Source: Octopus vulgaris (lineage: Eukaryota). Taken from it: 64,000 nt of DNA. The translations under genes and the position numbers were made by a program. Under the pieces are notes generated by a model. It made no database searches. It saw only the letters and a program-made list of their open reading frames with translations, and was not told the origin of the DNA. The DNA is taken from the NCBI GenBank assembly GCA_951406725.2, contig OX597833.1:11408001-11472000 (forward strand), written 5' to 3'. Positions within the stretch are counted from its first letter, which is position 1. Every line of letters begins with the position of its first letter. Below are positions 29,570 to 41,879 of this stretch, in pieces.

Positions 29570-29827
29570 GTATGTTTAGGTGTGTGCGCCTGTGTTATTT
29601 TATGTGTATACGTGTGTGATGGATCGTACGTGTGTGTGTGCTGTATTGGAACATATGTACATGGTTCATGCATACATCCTTACATCCATCCATCCATCCA
29701 TCCATCGGTATGTACATACATCCATATATTCATACATGCACGCATACACACATGCATACGTGAACGCATACATACATATATAAATACATAAAGACATACA
29801 TATATTAACACAAAATCCATGACTTAC

Positions 29828-29971
29828 CGTTTTCGATTTCTCTTCCATTTTTCCTATTCTTGAATCTTGATGAAGAATCACGATCGTCAGAACGAGAAGA
29901 ACCCCAAAAGCAATGAGAGAAGAAATGGAATAACGCTGCGAAATATTCCTGAACTGTTGTGCGAAATCCAT
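29828..29971 (-). CDS. Exon 1 of C4-like gene copy B (signal-anchor)
   Basis: MDFAQQFRNISQRYSISSLIAFGVLLVLTIVILHQDSRIGKMEEKSKT with GTAAGT donor; the nearest intact exon 1 upstream of exons 2-4. Confidence 0.75.
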
Positions 29972-30356
29972 TCTGGTGACAGTTGTCGGTCGTACGTGAT
30001 ACTTCGTGTGGCTTCAACAAAAGATCGAGATGCGAGGTTTAAGCTGAAGACCTGTAACTGAATTCCACGTATTTATTGAGCGCACAACAACCCAGCTCTG
30101 GCATAGATCTTATCGTAAATTTAAGAACCAATGCGATTGGTGGAACTGTAAAAGTGGGTGTGAACTTGTCTGACAGGTTTAATTATTGGAAAGAGAAGGT
30201 TTGATATTGTCACACAATAATTAGCAAAATATTTTGATGAATGAGAGACACGTGTAAAGTGAAATGATTCCTGTTTCTGGATATATTATGATATATTTAT
30301 TTACTAATGTTGTTATTTAATTTTCTTTGTTATTCTTGGGAAGCTGTTTTAATATT

Positions 30357-30780
30357 CAGGAGTGGCTGTGTGGTAAGTAGCTTGCTTACCAACCACATGG
30401 TTCCGGGTTCTGTCCCACTGCTCGGCATCTTGGGCATGTGTCTTCTGCTGTAGCCTCGGGCCGACCAATGACTTTTGAGTGGAGTTGGTAGACGGTAAGT
30501 GAAAGAAGCCTGTCGAATATATGTATATATGTATATATATATATGTATGTGTGGGTATATGTTTGTGTGTCAGTGTTTGTCCCCCCACCATCGCTTGACA
30601 ATTGATGCTGGTGTGTTTACGTCCCCGTCACTTAGACGTTCGGCAAAAAGAGATCGATAGAATAAGTACTGGGCTTACAAAGAATAAGTCCCGGGGTCGA
30701 TATGCTCGACTAAAGGCGGTGCTCTAGCATGGCCGCTGTCAAATGACTGAAACAAGTAAAAGAGTAAAGAGTAAAAGAGT
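30357..30780 (+). mobile_element. Full-length octopus-type tRNA-derived SINE
   Basis: A-box tggctgtgtgg, B-box-like gggttctgtccc, internal microsatellite, (gtaaaaga)n tail. Absent at the homologous position in the 4.4-kb and 52.8-kb copies. Confidence 0.8.
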
Positions 30781-30859
30781 GAGAATATTTCGTTCAACCA
30801 ACAAATACACAGACGCACACACACTCACACACACACACACACACACATACACACACACA

Positions 30860-30898
<39 letters not shown>

Positions 30899-31462
30899 GC
30901 ACACATACACAGTAATCGCAAGACTTAATCTAATGAAGTCTAATGTTCGGTTTGGATTCTTCACAAGAAGCGTTAATCTGATTAGAAAAGTTTTATGTGA
31001 ATATGAAAATCAAAACCTACGAATTCCCACCCACCCACACATATATACACACACACATATATACGTTCATACATACACACACATATACATATATACACAT
31101 ATACATATACACATACTTACATATATACGTACATATATACCCCCATACATACATATATACATACATACATATATACTTACATACATACATACATATGTAC
31201 AAACGTACATACGTGCAAGCATATGTTTGTGTGAGTGTATCTTTACATGTATGAATGTATAAATGTAGGTATGCATGTATATATGTATATGTGTGTGTGT
31301 GTGTATTAAGAGATAGATGAATACTTGCATATATACATATATACACGCACATGTATGTATGTGTATCTTCGTATGTATGAATGTATGAATATATATATTT
31401 ATGTATGCATGGATGCATGCATGTGTGTGTTTATATATATATATGTATTGATAGATAGATGA

Positions 31463-31493
<31 letters not shown>

Positions 31494-31722
31494 CATACAT
31501 ACATACATAGGCAGACAGATTTCTTTTTGTCTGTTTCATTCATTAGACTGCCGCCTGGACCAGTTTTTTAGGGGAACTAAACTCCCTGAAGGTCTATTTT
31601 CGTTGTAAGCCTGGTATTTACTGTATCATTTTCTTACGCAGGGCCACTAAGTTACGGGGATGTAAACATAACAACACCGATGGTGAAACGGTGCTGGAGG
31701 AAACACCGATACGCCCGTACCC

Positions 31723-31791
<69 letters not shown>

Positions 31792-31912
31792 TATATACTC
31801 TTTATTTTACTCTTTTACTTGTTTCAGGCATTTGACTGCGGCCATGCTGGAGCACCGCCTTTAGTCGAACAACGCTAGAGGGACAAACACAGACAAACAA
31901 ACATATACATAC

Positions 31913-31968
<56 letters not shown>

Positions 31969-31970
<2 letters not shown>

Positions 31971-32831
31971 CTACAAAATTAGAGAATGGAGAAACATACT
32001 TAAATCAATAAAACATCAACTATCCGATGATACCCAATCAATACTTTAATACACCATTACATATGAGTAAAGGCAATATATAAAATGAGATATACAGTAA
32101 TAGTAAAAAGATAAAGAGATATAAGTAAATAATTTCAAATATAATATGCAATTAAATCAAAACTTCCCCTTCTATTTTTTAATGCCTAAACTGGTATATT
32201 ATGGCATTAAATTTATTAAGTAAATAAGAGATTTATTTATAATATATAAATTAATATATATTTTATATTTTATAATTTAGCGTACTTGGAATCATAACAA
32301 ACTTACGATAAATCTAACAACCGTATGTTTACTATGCAACAAACCGGTGTTATAAATTTTAAGTTACCCATGAAATAATTATCTGACTTAGTAACATACT
32401 GATATTTAAAAATATATTTATATCTAAATTAAATATTTTATGAAATGCATGCGTGGTTCTTTTTCGTTATTTGAGGCACAGTTATAATTTTGAAGGACTA
32501 AATGGTAGCATAGTTGCTTCCCTTTTTGTTTATCTATGTGCTAGTTGTTGCTTGTGATTATGTATGTGTATAAGTGTATGTATATACATATAACTATGTG
32601 TGTATGTGCGATTGATCTGTAGATGCGTGTGTGAATATTGGCGTTCCTTGACTAACCAACCGTATAATTTTCTTTTGTGATTTAAATTTCAAACCAATAG
32701 CCAATCGAATTAATCTAAATTTTCTTTACCTAGTGGTCAGCATTTCTAAACTCATAGTTATTTCGATCTTGAAAGGATGGACTTGGTGCAAACTTAACTG
32801 TATCTATTATTATTATTATTATTATTATTTA

Positions 32832-32869
<38 letters not shown>

Positions 32870-33561
32870 ATTAATAGTAATTTTTATTAACTTTCATAGC
32901 TTTAGAATTTTATGAACTGAACCATGGTTTTAATTATTATTTTTCATCTCCCTATGTAATGAGTATTATATTATATAAGTGTAGCATTATGATGTATAAG
33001 TTTTTATATTTTACATTTTTATATTTTTATATTTATATGTATATGGTTATATAATATTTTTCACAATTATAACAAATTTAATTTAATTCTCTGAAGAGGC
33101 CGTGGGGCATCCTTGTTAATGCCTCATTTATACCTGCCTTTATGGCTTAGAGGTTAAATGAGGTATGACTGCCCTCACTGCCGAAACAGCTGTCAGTTTT
33201 GATTTAATTGCATATTATATTTGAAATTTTTTACTTATATCTCTTTATCTTTTTACTATTACTGTATATCTCATTTTGTATAATGCCTTTACTCATATGT
33301 AATGGTGTATTAAAGTATTGATTGGGTATCATCGGATAGTTGATGTTTTATTGATTTAAGTATGTTTCTCCATTCTCTAATTTTGTAGTATTAATTTACG
33401 GTAATATTATTACCTTTACCCATATAATACAATAGATGAACTGATTGTTTGACAATTTTTAACATCTATGTATTAATCTTGTTGGGTACCTATCTGGCAG
33501 TATATTGGATATATATTATCCCATGGTGGGTTGAATTTTCAACCCCTATCTCATTTTATAA

Positions 33562-33570
<9 letters not shown>
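31969..33570. mobile_element. Penelope-type pseudo-LTR relic with ~195-bp inverted repeat and hammerhead motif, inserted in (TA)n
   Basis: 31969-32164 is the reverse complement of 33195-33389; hammerhead core at 33091-33194. Confidence 0.65.
33085..33200 (+). ncRNA. Type I hammerhead ribozyme motif with extended stem II
   Basis: CUGAAGA (33091-33097), long hairpin closed by GGC/GCC, GAAA (33183-33186), palindromic ACAGCUGU stem III, GUC site (33192-33194). Stem I is weak. Confidence 0.65.
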
Positions 33571-33591
<21 letters not shown>

Positions 33592-33594
<3 letters not shown>

Positions 33595-33732
33595 GACAGG
33601 CTTCTTTCAGTTTCCGTCTACCAAATCCACTCACAAGGCTTTGGTCGGCCCAGAAGACACTTGCCCCAGATGCCACGCAGTGGGGACTGAACCCGGAACC
33701 ATGCTACTTACCACACAGCCACTCCTGCGCCT
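33592..33732 (-). mobile_element. 5' half of the octopus-type SINE
   Basis: Reverse complement of the SINE head (aggcgcaggagtggctgtgtggtaag...gggttcagtccc) with small deletions. Confidence 0.75.
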
Positions 33733-33762
33733 ATATAATATGTATATGCATATGGATATATT

Positions 33763-33874
<112 letters not shown>

Positions 33875-34204
33875 TTCGTACCGATATCTTACAGTCATTT
33901 ATCTGAGAAATACTCCACACGCACCAACATGCATGAATGATTACCTACAGGTAGTTAGTTGGGTGGTGTACATTTTGTGATATTTCTGAAGCAGATAATT
34001 AATACCTTTTATAAGACGAGAACTGAATCTAGATAGGAAACTGTTGATGCGCATTCAGGGCCAACGCAATGGTGCATATAGAAGTTATTTTTGTTGTTGC
34101 TGTTGTTGTTGTCGGTAAAGCCCTCATGCACTTTCTGTCCTTTTATGAATCCGAATTGTGAGATTAAAACCGCATAAATTATTACATTGATCTCGATTTG
34201 TCAG

Positions 34205-34711
34205 CTTCCGAGATCGCGAGCGACGCGGCCGCCCGCGCGCCGCGACCGCGCTAATCCCTCGCAAGGGGGCGACGCGCGTTGCGGTCGAGGGACACCTCGC
34301 CCGAAAATCCGCCCGCTGCCGCCGGTCAGCGACGAGCATCGGCAACCTACCCGACCCGTCTTGAAACACGGACCAAGGAGTCCCAGTCGACTGCGAGTCG
34401 TTGGAGCCTTTCAATTCGCAAACTCCGACGGCACAGCGAAAGCGAGAACGTGACACGACGTCGCCGTCTCGCTTCGGCGTGACGGCGCTTCGAAGCATTG
34501 TTCCCGGGTCGGGTCCGCGCGTTCGCCGCGACGTTCGCGTCCGGCGTTCCCGCTCCGACTCAGGTGTAGCAGGCGGCCGGGGACCCGAAAGATGGCGATC
34601 CATGTCCGGTCGGGACGAAGCCAGAGGAAACTCTGGTGGAAGTCCGACGCGCCTCTGACGTGCAAATCGATCGTCGGAACCGGGTGTAGGGGCGAAAGAC
34701 CAATCGAGCCG

Positions 34712-34751
<40 letters not shown>

Positions 34752-36620
34752 CGGCGCCAGCGGGAGAACGACACGCAATTCCGTCCGGTAAGGCGAACGA
34801 CTGGAGGCCCCGGGGACGTTGACGGCCTCGATCTACTCTCGAACTCGGAACGGGCGAAACGGGCCGCTCCTCTCTCGATCGGAGGCGGCCGCCGTTATGC
34901 GACAACGAATGCAAGGTGCCAAGTGGGCCACTTTTGGTAAGCAGAACTGGTGATGTGAGATGAACCGAACGTCCGGCTAAGGTGCCCTACGCTTCGCCCA
35001 TTAGATCCCCGAAAGAGTGTCGGTCGATATAGACAGCAGGACGGTGGCCGCGGAAGTCGGAATCCGCTCAGGAGTGTGTAACAACTTACCTGCCGAATCG
35101 ACCGGCCCCGAAAATGGATGGCGCTGGAGCGAGCGACCGATGCCGGACCGGCCGGGCGATAGGTTGCGCGATCGCCGGCGAGGCGACTTTCCGATGCCCG
35201 GTCGAGTAGGAGGGCGCCGCTGCGCACGTGGAAGCCGCGGGCGCGAGCCCGGGTGAAGCCGACCGCGGGTGTAGATCTCGGTGGTAGTAGCAAATATTCG
35301 AACGAGACCTTCGAAGACCGAAGTGGAGAAGGGTTCCGTGCCAACGGCGGTCGAGCACGGGTCAGTCGGTCCTAAGAAGCGGGCGAAAGCTTCCACGAAA
35401 GGCGCCGGATCCGTCGTTGTAAACAAAGAACTTCCAGTTCATCGTAGTACGCGGCGGGCCTCGCATCGAAAGGGAATCGGGTTAATATTCCCGAACCCGA
35501 ACTCAGAGAGTGCCCGTCCGTCGGCGGGAACGCGGCGTGCTCTTCCTAGCAGCGCGTCCGTCGTCGAAGCCGGCGGCTGGGCGAAGCAGCGGCAACGCAA
35601 GCGAGCCCGGAGACGTTTCCGGGAGCCCCGGGAAGAGTTCTTTCTTCTTCGCAAAGGACCGCGTCCGTGGAATCGGCTCATCCGGAGATAGGGATATGGT
35701 ACTGGTAGAGCGCCGTCTCGGGCGGCGTTCGGTGCGCTCTCGGCGGCCCTGGAAAATCCGGATCCGTAACGAATCGCAGCTCTCGAGTCGGTCCGTACCC
35801 ACCATCCGCAGCAGTTCTCCAAGGTGTACAGCCTCTCGTCGATAGCGCCAATGTCAGTAAGGGAAGTCGGCAAAATGGATCCGTACCTTCGGAAGAGGGA
35901 TTGGCTCCGAGGACCGGGTCGGTCGGGCCGTGTGTGCCGCCTCGCTCCCGCGCGGTCGCGTCGCCGTGCGCTCGGTCGCGTCGCCGTGCGCTCGGCGTCG
36001 CGCCGCCGGGCGCTGGAGCACGTCTTCACGCGAAGCGGCGGACCGGTAAGGGGCTGTAGCGTTGGCGTCGGACTCGGCATCCCGGTGCGCCCCATTTTTC
36101 CGACAGTTGTCGCTGCGCCGGCGGGCAACCCGCTTCGCGCAGGTGCGCGGTCGCGCCTACGGCCAACGCGGGTCGGCTTCTACGCGCGCGTACTCTCCCT
36201 CCGCTGCGCTGCGTTCCGTCGCGCCGCCACCTAGGGACCTCCCGGTCCGGAAAGCCCGCGCGTGGCTGGAGCGTTGCCGCGGCTGCCGGAACCGCGCGCG
36301 GGGCCCTCTCGTGCGTCGGCGCGTGCGCGGGCCGTCCTTCGGCGGTGGATCGGTTTTATACGGGGTGCCCGGGCGTAGTGGGCGCGAACAAAACAGCTCC
36401 ACACCCGGGACGCCGTGGAGCGACACGGCTTCGGGCTCGCCATCGCGTCGGTGCGCGCGCGGCTCGGCTCCGTCAGGCGTCGGTCGTCGTCGCGCATCGC
36501 GACGCGCGGCAGGCGTTCGGCCGGCGGCGAACGGTCGACTCGGAACTGGTACGGACCGGGGGAATCCGACTGTCTAATTAAAACAGAGCATCGCGTAGCC
36601 GGCCGAGCCGCACAGACGCG

Positions 36621-36652
<32 letters not shown>

Positions 36653-36670
36653 AGTGAAGAAATTCAACCT

Positions 36671-36708
<38 letters not shown>
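34205..36708 (+). rRNA. 28S rRNA gene fragment (end of D2 to the R2 target site), orphon/pseudogene
   Basis: Conserved cores ACCCGTCTTGAAACACGGACCAAGG, CTGGTTCCCTCCGAAGTTTCCCTCAGGATAGC, GTAAGGGAAGTCGGCAAA, GGGAATCCGACTGTCTAATTAAAAC and GTAAACGGCGGGAGTAACTATGACTCTCTTA, with GC-rich expansion segments. Confidence 0.95.
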
Positions 36709-38390
36709 CGTGGGGCTTGATGGTTATGACCCACGAACCTTGCAAATGGTTGTTGTTCCTACTGCTCATTCACTTGGGGTGAACTTGCTTGGGTACGATT
36801 TGATGCGATTTGTCCCCACCCCACCGAGTTTCGTTGGGGGCAGAAAAGATCCAGTCGGTTGAGGGCACCTGCGGTGTCCTATAGGAACACCGGTGTGGGT
36901 GGTGTAGAGGGGGATACACACCTGCGGTGTCCGATCGGAACGTTGGCAGCGAGGCGAGAGGGTGGATGCACCATCAAGTTTGTCTGGTATGTTATGATCT
37001 GCAGGGTTTTATCCAGGAGATTGATTCACTGCCAGGCTTCACCCACTGGGACACTACCTTGTCGTGGTGTAAGAGCTTACGTCTGCGGGGGGGGGGGGAT
37101 GCAAGCCATTATTGGCTTTTGCTGGTACCAACCCTTCCGTGGACAAACTAAAAGTGTCCTTTCCCCATAGCGGTGCCAATCATTTGGTGGGGACCAAGCA
37201 GTGTGGAGGTTTTCGTTTACAGAGTGAGATGATGCCCTGTTGGTTGGTCGTGGCTGCGCTTGTCGGCCTTCTGTTCATCCGGATCGGCCATTACTCGGCT
37301 TCGGTGTTGTGTAAAGGCCCCCCATTTCTCAGGAGAATTTCACGGGGCGGCGCCCTCGGATGGTTAAGGTCGGAACGGCTGCTCTTATAGGCCGGTTTGG
37401 GCTGCTAACAAGAAGAGGTGGGGATGGGGTGTTTGCATCCTGCCTCTGATCTCGCCTATAAGTTAGCGCCTCGTAAAGGCTACTGTCCCTGGGTGGCTCT
37501 GGATTGATGTCTCCTGACGCCAGATTGTTGTGGCCCGCAATATTTATAGCGCGGGTGGACTCACTTTCTGGACTCACAAGTGGAGCCAACCCACTGACAG
37601 GTAAACTGTCAGTATGGAGCCCTTCGCGGGCTGTTGCCGGGTGTTTGGCATGGTGTATGGATTTCGGTTGGCAAGGAAGGATGTTGGCATACGGTCTACA
37701 GGGCTTGACTCCTTACTCTTGTATTCTTGATTATCGTCCACGTACTCTTGGAAAATGCCGCGAAGTTTGAATCCATTATAAGGTAGAAAACATACGGTTG
37801 CCAGGGGCCGTATAAGCTGGTGGCTTGCAGGTTAAGAGCGGGGCCTCCAAGCCTGGCCGAGCGTGTTGCCCAATCACGTTGGGCCAATATTAACGTTCTT
37901 TGCAGTAGTAAAGAGTCAGCTACACTACAGGCATTTCCAGTGGCTCAACCACCAAATTTGACCCTGTGTGTTCCTATCGGATCCTGCACATAAAACCCCC
38001 TCGATGATGTCCTCGCAACTTTTTCTTTTCTTTGAGGACTGAGAGGCTGGTGTGCAGGATGCCCCTCAAGTTTTTTTTTTTTTTTTTTTTGAGGAGGTGG
38101 CAAGGTTTGGGGGCCGTGCCTCGATAGGAACTGAAAAAAAAAAAAAAATATACCCGGATTTGACTTCTTTTTTTCTGTTTATGAAAAAAGTACCCGCCTT
38201 GCTGATGTTTTTAGATCCCTCTCTACTATGGATTGAATTCCTGGAAGAATTTTAACATTTTAGATTGGCATGTAAGGTTGTCGCAAGATAGGGAATTGGC
38301 CTTGAGAATGTGGGACCGCCCACAATAAAAACAGGGAATAAACTCTATAGAGTTTCAGTACATAAGGGGAGGTGGACGGATCGAAGGCGA
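36709..38390 (-). mobile_element. 1.7-kb foreign insertion in 28S; probable decayed 5' part of a site-specific non-LTR element, orientation tentatively antisense
   Basis: Abrupt loss of rRNA similarity after CTCTCTTA and return at GAGATTCCCACTGTCCC. The minus strand shows broken Cys/His/Trp and Pro-rich segments but no RT motif. Confidence 0.45.
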
Positions 38391-38428
38391 GGAGATTCCC
38401 ACTGTCCCTATCTACTGTCTAGCGAAAG
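38391..38428 (+). rRNA. Short resumed 28S segment (contains the R1 target sequence)
   Basis: GAGATTCCCACTGTCCCTATCTACTGTCTAGCGAAA matches conserved 28S about 50 nt downstream of the R2 site. Confidence 0.85.
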
Positions 38429-38434
38429 CAGAGC

Positions 38435-38781
38435 TGAGTACGGCGAAGACCACGAGTGTGTGTGTCCGTGTGTTATCGACGAGGCACGAAGCGGCGATTT
38501 TACTTTCAAGAGTTCTCGGTCGAGTGCACGAGTGCGCCGAGGTATGCGGCCGGTTGATTGCCGGGGAGTAAGTCTGAGTACGACGAAGACCACGAGTGTG
38601 TGTGTCCGTGTGTTATCGACGAGGCACGAAGCGGCGATTTTACTTTCAAGAGTTCTCGGTCAAGTGCACGAGTGCGCCAAGTTATGCGGTCGGTTGATTG
38701 CCGGGGAGTAAGTCTGAGTACGACGAAGACCATGAGTGTGTGTGTCCGTGTGTTATCGACGAGGCACGAAGCGGCGATTTT
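38435..38781. repeat. 140-bp tandem subrepeat (2.5 copies), rDNA spacer-like
   Basis: ctgagtacg(g/a)cgaagacc... recurs at 38435, 38575 and 38715. Confidence 0.9.
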
Positions 38782-38782
38782 A

Positions 38783-40850
38783 TGTGCCCGATATCGAAAG
38801 AACGCACCTAAGCTCACAGTGTCACCCACGTACACGTGGACGTAGTTGCGACCGATGCCGGAAGGATGTCACGAGATACACGCGGTCGATAGGGCAACGT
38901 GGTCCTTCCCGTAAGTTCCCGAAAGATGACAAACAGCGGCCAGTGCAGGTATTGGCGGGCCTGCACCAGTCGCGCGGAGCTCCGCCGCTCTGCCGTGCCC
39001 GATCTAGTGAGGCTGAAGCGAACCTCGCGCTCTCGCCCACGTGAACGTGGACGTAGGCGCGATCAATGCCGCCAGCCGCCTGGAGTGTGTGGCGATGTGA
39101 AACGGGTGAATATGGCGACGTGGTCCGACCCGTAAGTTAAAGGAATCAGACCCGTAAGCTGACGGGTCGGCCCCGGCTGGATAGTCACGCTCTAGGTGAC
39201 CGTCGCACCCCAAGGGGGTCAAGACTATATTGAGGGCTTGCAGTCGGCAGGTGGATGTCTCCGGGATCGTTCGGCAGGATGCCCGAGACGTCAGCCTAAG
39301 ACGCCGTCAGCCCGGCGAGTGGCCGCCGCCTTCACGCCATCTTGCTTTCCCCGTTCGTCCACGCGCTGCGGGGCCGTTAGCGTCAGGCTTGCGCCTGTCG
39401 CCCGTTCCTCCGCCGCGCTACCGTGCCCGAAATAGAAAGAACGAACCTAAGCTCGCGGTATGGCCCACGTACGCGTGGACGTAGCCGCCACCGATGCCGG
39501 AAGGCGTTCACGAGACGCACGCGGTCGATACGGCGACGTGGTCCGTCCCGTAAAATCCCGAAAGATGACAACTGCGGCTAGCACGAGGTAGCGGCGGCAG
39601 GCCTGCGCCGGTCGCCCGTTGCTCCGCCGCGCTACCGAGCCCGAAATCGGAAGACCGAAACTAAGCGCGCGGCATCGCCCACGTACACGTGGATGTAGCC
39701 GCGACCGATGTCAAGAGATGCACGCGCTGGATACGGCGACGTGGTCCGTCCCGTAAATTCGCGAAAGATGACAAACTGCGGCCAGTGTAAGCAGGGGCTG
39801 CCTACGCCAGGCATGCTCCCTCCTTCGCCCGCAGCTCCGCCGCGCTACCGTGCCCGAAATCGAATGAACGAACCTAAGCGCGCGGTATGGCCCACGTACA
39901 CGTGGACGTAGGCGCGATCGATGCCGTCAGTCTCCGGAAGTGTGTGGCGATACGAACCGGGTAGACAGAGCGACGTGGTCCGACCCGTAAGGTTAAAGAA
40001 TTCGATCCGTAAGCTTACGAGTCGGCCCCGGCTGGATAGTCACGCTCTAGGTGACCGTCGCACCCCAAGGGGGTCAAGATTATATTGAGGGCTTGCAGTC
40101 GGCAGGTGGATGTCTCCGGGACCGTTCGGCAGGAAGCCCGAGACGTCAGCCTGCGACGCCGTCGGCCCGGCGGGTGGCCGCCGCCTTCACGCCACCTTGC
40201 TTTTCCCGTTCGTCCACGCGCCGCGGGGCCGTAAGCGCCAGGCATGCGCCGGTCGCCCGTTGCTCCGCCGCGCAACCGTGCCCGAAATCGAAAGAACGAA
40301 CCTATGCTCGCGGTGTGGCCCACTTACGCGTGGACGTAGCCGCGACCGATGTCGCGAGATGCACGCAATCGATACGGCGACGTGGTCCCTCTCGTAAATT
40401 CCCGGAAGATGACAAACTGCGGCCAGTATAAGTAGGGGCTGCCTTCGCCAGCAGCTCCGCCACGCGACCGTGCCCGAAATAGAAAGAACGAACCTAAGCT
40501 GGCGGTATGGCCCGCGTACGTGTGGACGTAGCCGCGACCGATGCCGGAAGGACTTCACGAGATACACGCGGTGTATACGGCGACGTGGTCCGTCCCGTGA
40601 AATCCCGAAAGATGACAACTGCGGCTAGCACCAGGTGGCGGCAGGCCTGCGCCGGTCGCCCGCGTCTCCGCCGCCCTACCGTGCGTGAAATCGAAAGCAC
40701 GAATCTAAGCGCGCGGTGTCGCCCACGTACGCGTGGACGTAGCCGCGACCGATGTTGCGAGGTACAGGCGTTCGATACGGCGACGTGGTCCGTCTCGTAA
40801 ATTCCCGAAAGATGACAAACTGCGGCCAGTGCAGGTATCGGCCGATAGCG
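38783..40850. repeat. GC-rich ~200-bp subrepeat array with 855-bp higher-order repeat, probable rDNA intergenic spacer
   Basis: gtgcccgaaatcgaaagaacgaacctaag...cgtggacgtagccgcgaccgatg...gatgacaaactgcggcc recurs about 8 times; 39030-39480 repeats at +855. Confidence 0.8.
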
Positions 40851-40894
40851 GCGGGCCTGCGCCCGCCTTCTCCCGCCTTCTCCCGCCTTCGCCC

Positions 40895-41052
40895 GAGTGG
40901 ACGGGGGATCACTCGGCTCGTCCGTCGATGAATAGCACGGCTATCCGCGTGAACTGATGCGAATTGCAGGACTCAGTGAACATCGACACCTCGAACGCAC
41001 ATTGCGGCCCCGGGATCCTATTGTCCCGGGACCCCGTCTGGTCGAGAGGCGG
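40895..41052 (+). rRNA. 5.8S rRNA gene (divergent; 5' end uncertain)
   Basis: GGATCACTCGGCTCG..GTCGATGAA, GAATTGCAGGAC..TGAACATCGA, GAACGCACATTGCGGCC. Confidence 0.9.
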
Positions 41053-41574
41053 TCACGACACGAAAACGCCGTCCGCCGCGGCCGTTGGCTGCGACGGGTT
41101 TTCGGGAGTCGCAGGAAAGGGCGGCGCTTACCGCGAGGCCCGCATTATCTCGCGCGCGAGCCGCCGACGCTCGATCGTCCGTCTCTCGTAATGCTAGACC
41201 GTCATCGTTGCGAAGCGCTGTTGCGACGGCCGCGCCGCCCCGAATCGCGCGGCCGATGACGACAAATCGCGGAGGGAACCCGCCGACGAGCGGAAGCAGA
41301 GGAGTAGGAGCAGTAGTAGGAACAACGACGACACGGCGAGGCCCCTCGTCCCGTCAACGTCCTCTACGTCCCTCCGAGCAACCGCCGCCCTTCGTCGTCG
41401 CTGCCACCGCCCTTCGTCGTCGCTGCCACCGCCACCGCCGTCTCGTCCTTCGGCGTTCGCTCTGTGGGAATATCTCCTTCGTGCGAGCGTTTGTGCCGAT
41501 CGACAGCGGTGCGCCGGTTGCAGCACGAGCAGCAGCCGTCTCTTCGCAGCGGGGAACTCTTTATTTTTTCACGC
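41053..41574 (+). other. ITS2
   Basis: GC-rich spacer between 5.8S and the 28S 5' end. Confidence 0.8.
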
Positions 41575-41879
41575 TGCCCTCGACTCAGACCCGATTACCC
41601 GCCGAACTTAAGCATATCGCTAAGCGGAGGAAAAGAAACCAACCGGGATTCTCTAAGTAACGGCGAGTGAACCGGGAGAAGCCCAACGCCGAATCTCGTC
41701 GGCCGCGCCGGTCGTCGAGAGCTGTGGCGCAAGGGTCGTACACGGTCGATCGATTCGCCCGGCTAGGTTCAGAGTCCCCTCGATCGGGGCTGCCCAGAGC
41801 GGGTGCCAGGCCCATTCGGAGCCGGCGGCGATCGACGGTGTTCATCGGCCCGAGAGTCGGGTTGCACGAACGACGCAGC
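41575..41879 (+). rRNA. 28S rRNA 5' fragment (start through D1), truncated
   Basis: ACCCGCCGAACTTAAGCATATC..AAGCGGAGGAAAAGAAAC..AGTAACGGCGAGTGAA, ending after GAGTCGGGTTGC. Confidence 0.92.

Noticed and set aside
30357-30440. tRNA gene
   Set aside because: A/B boxes belong to a SINE head; no complete cloverleaf, and it continues into SINE core and tail.
36709-38390. Calling the insert a canonical R2 element
   Set aside because: No RT or RLE motifs, no 3' junction at TAGCCAAATG, and no recognisable sense-strand R2 ORF. Only the left junction matches.
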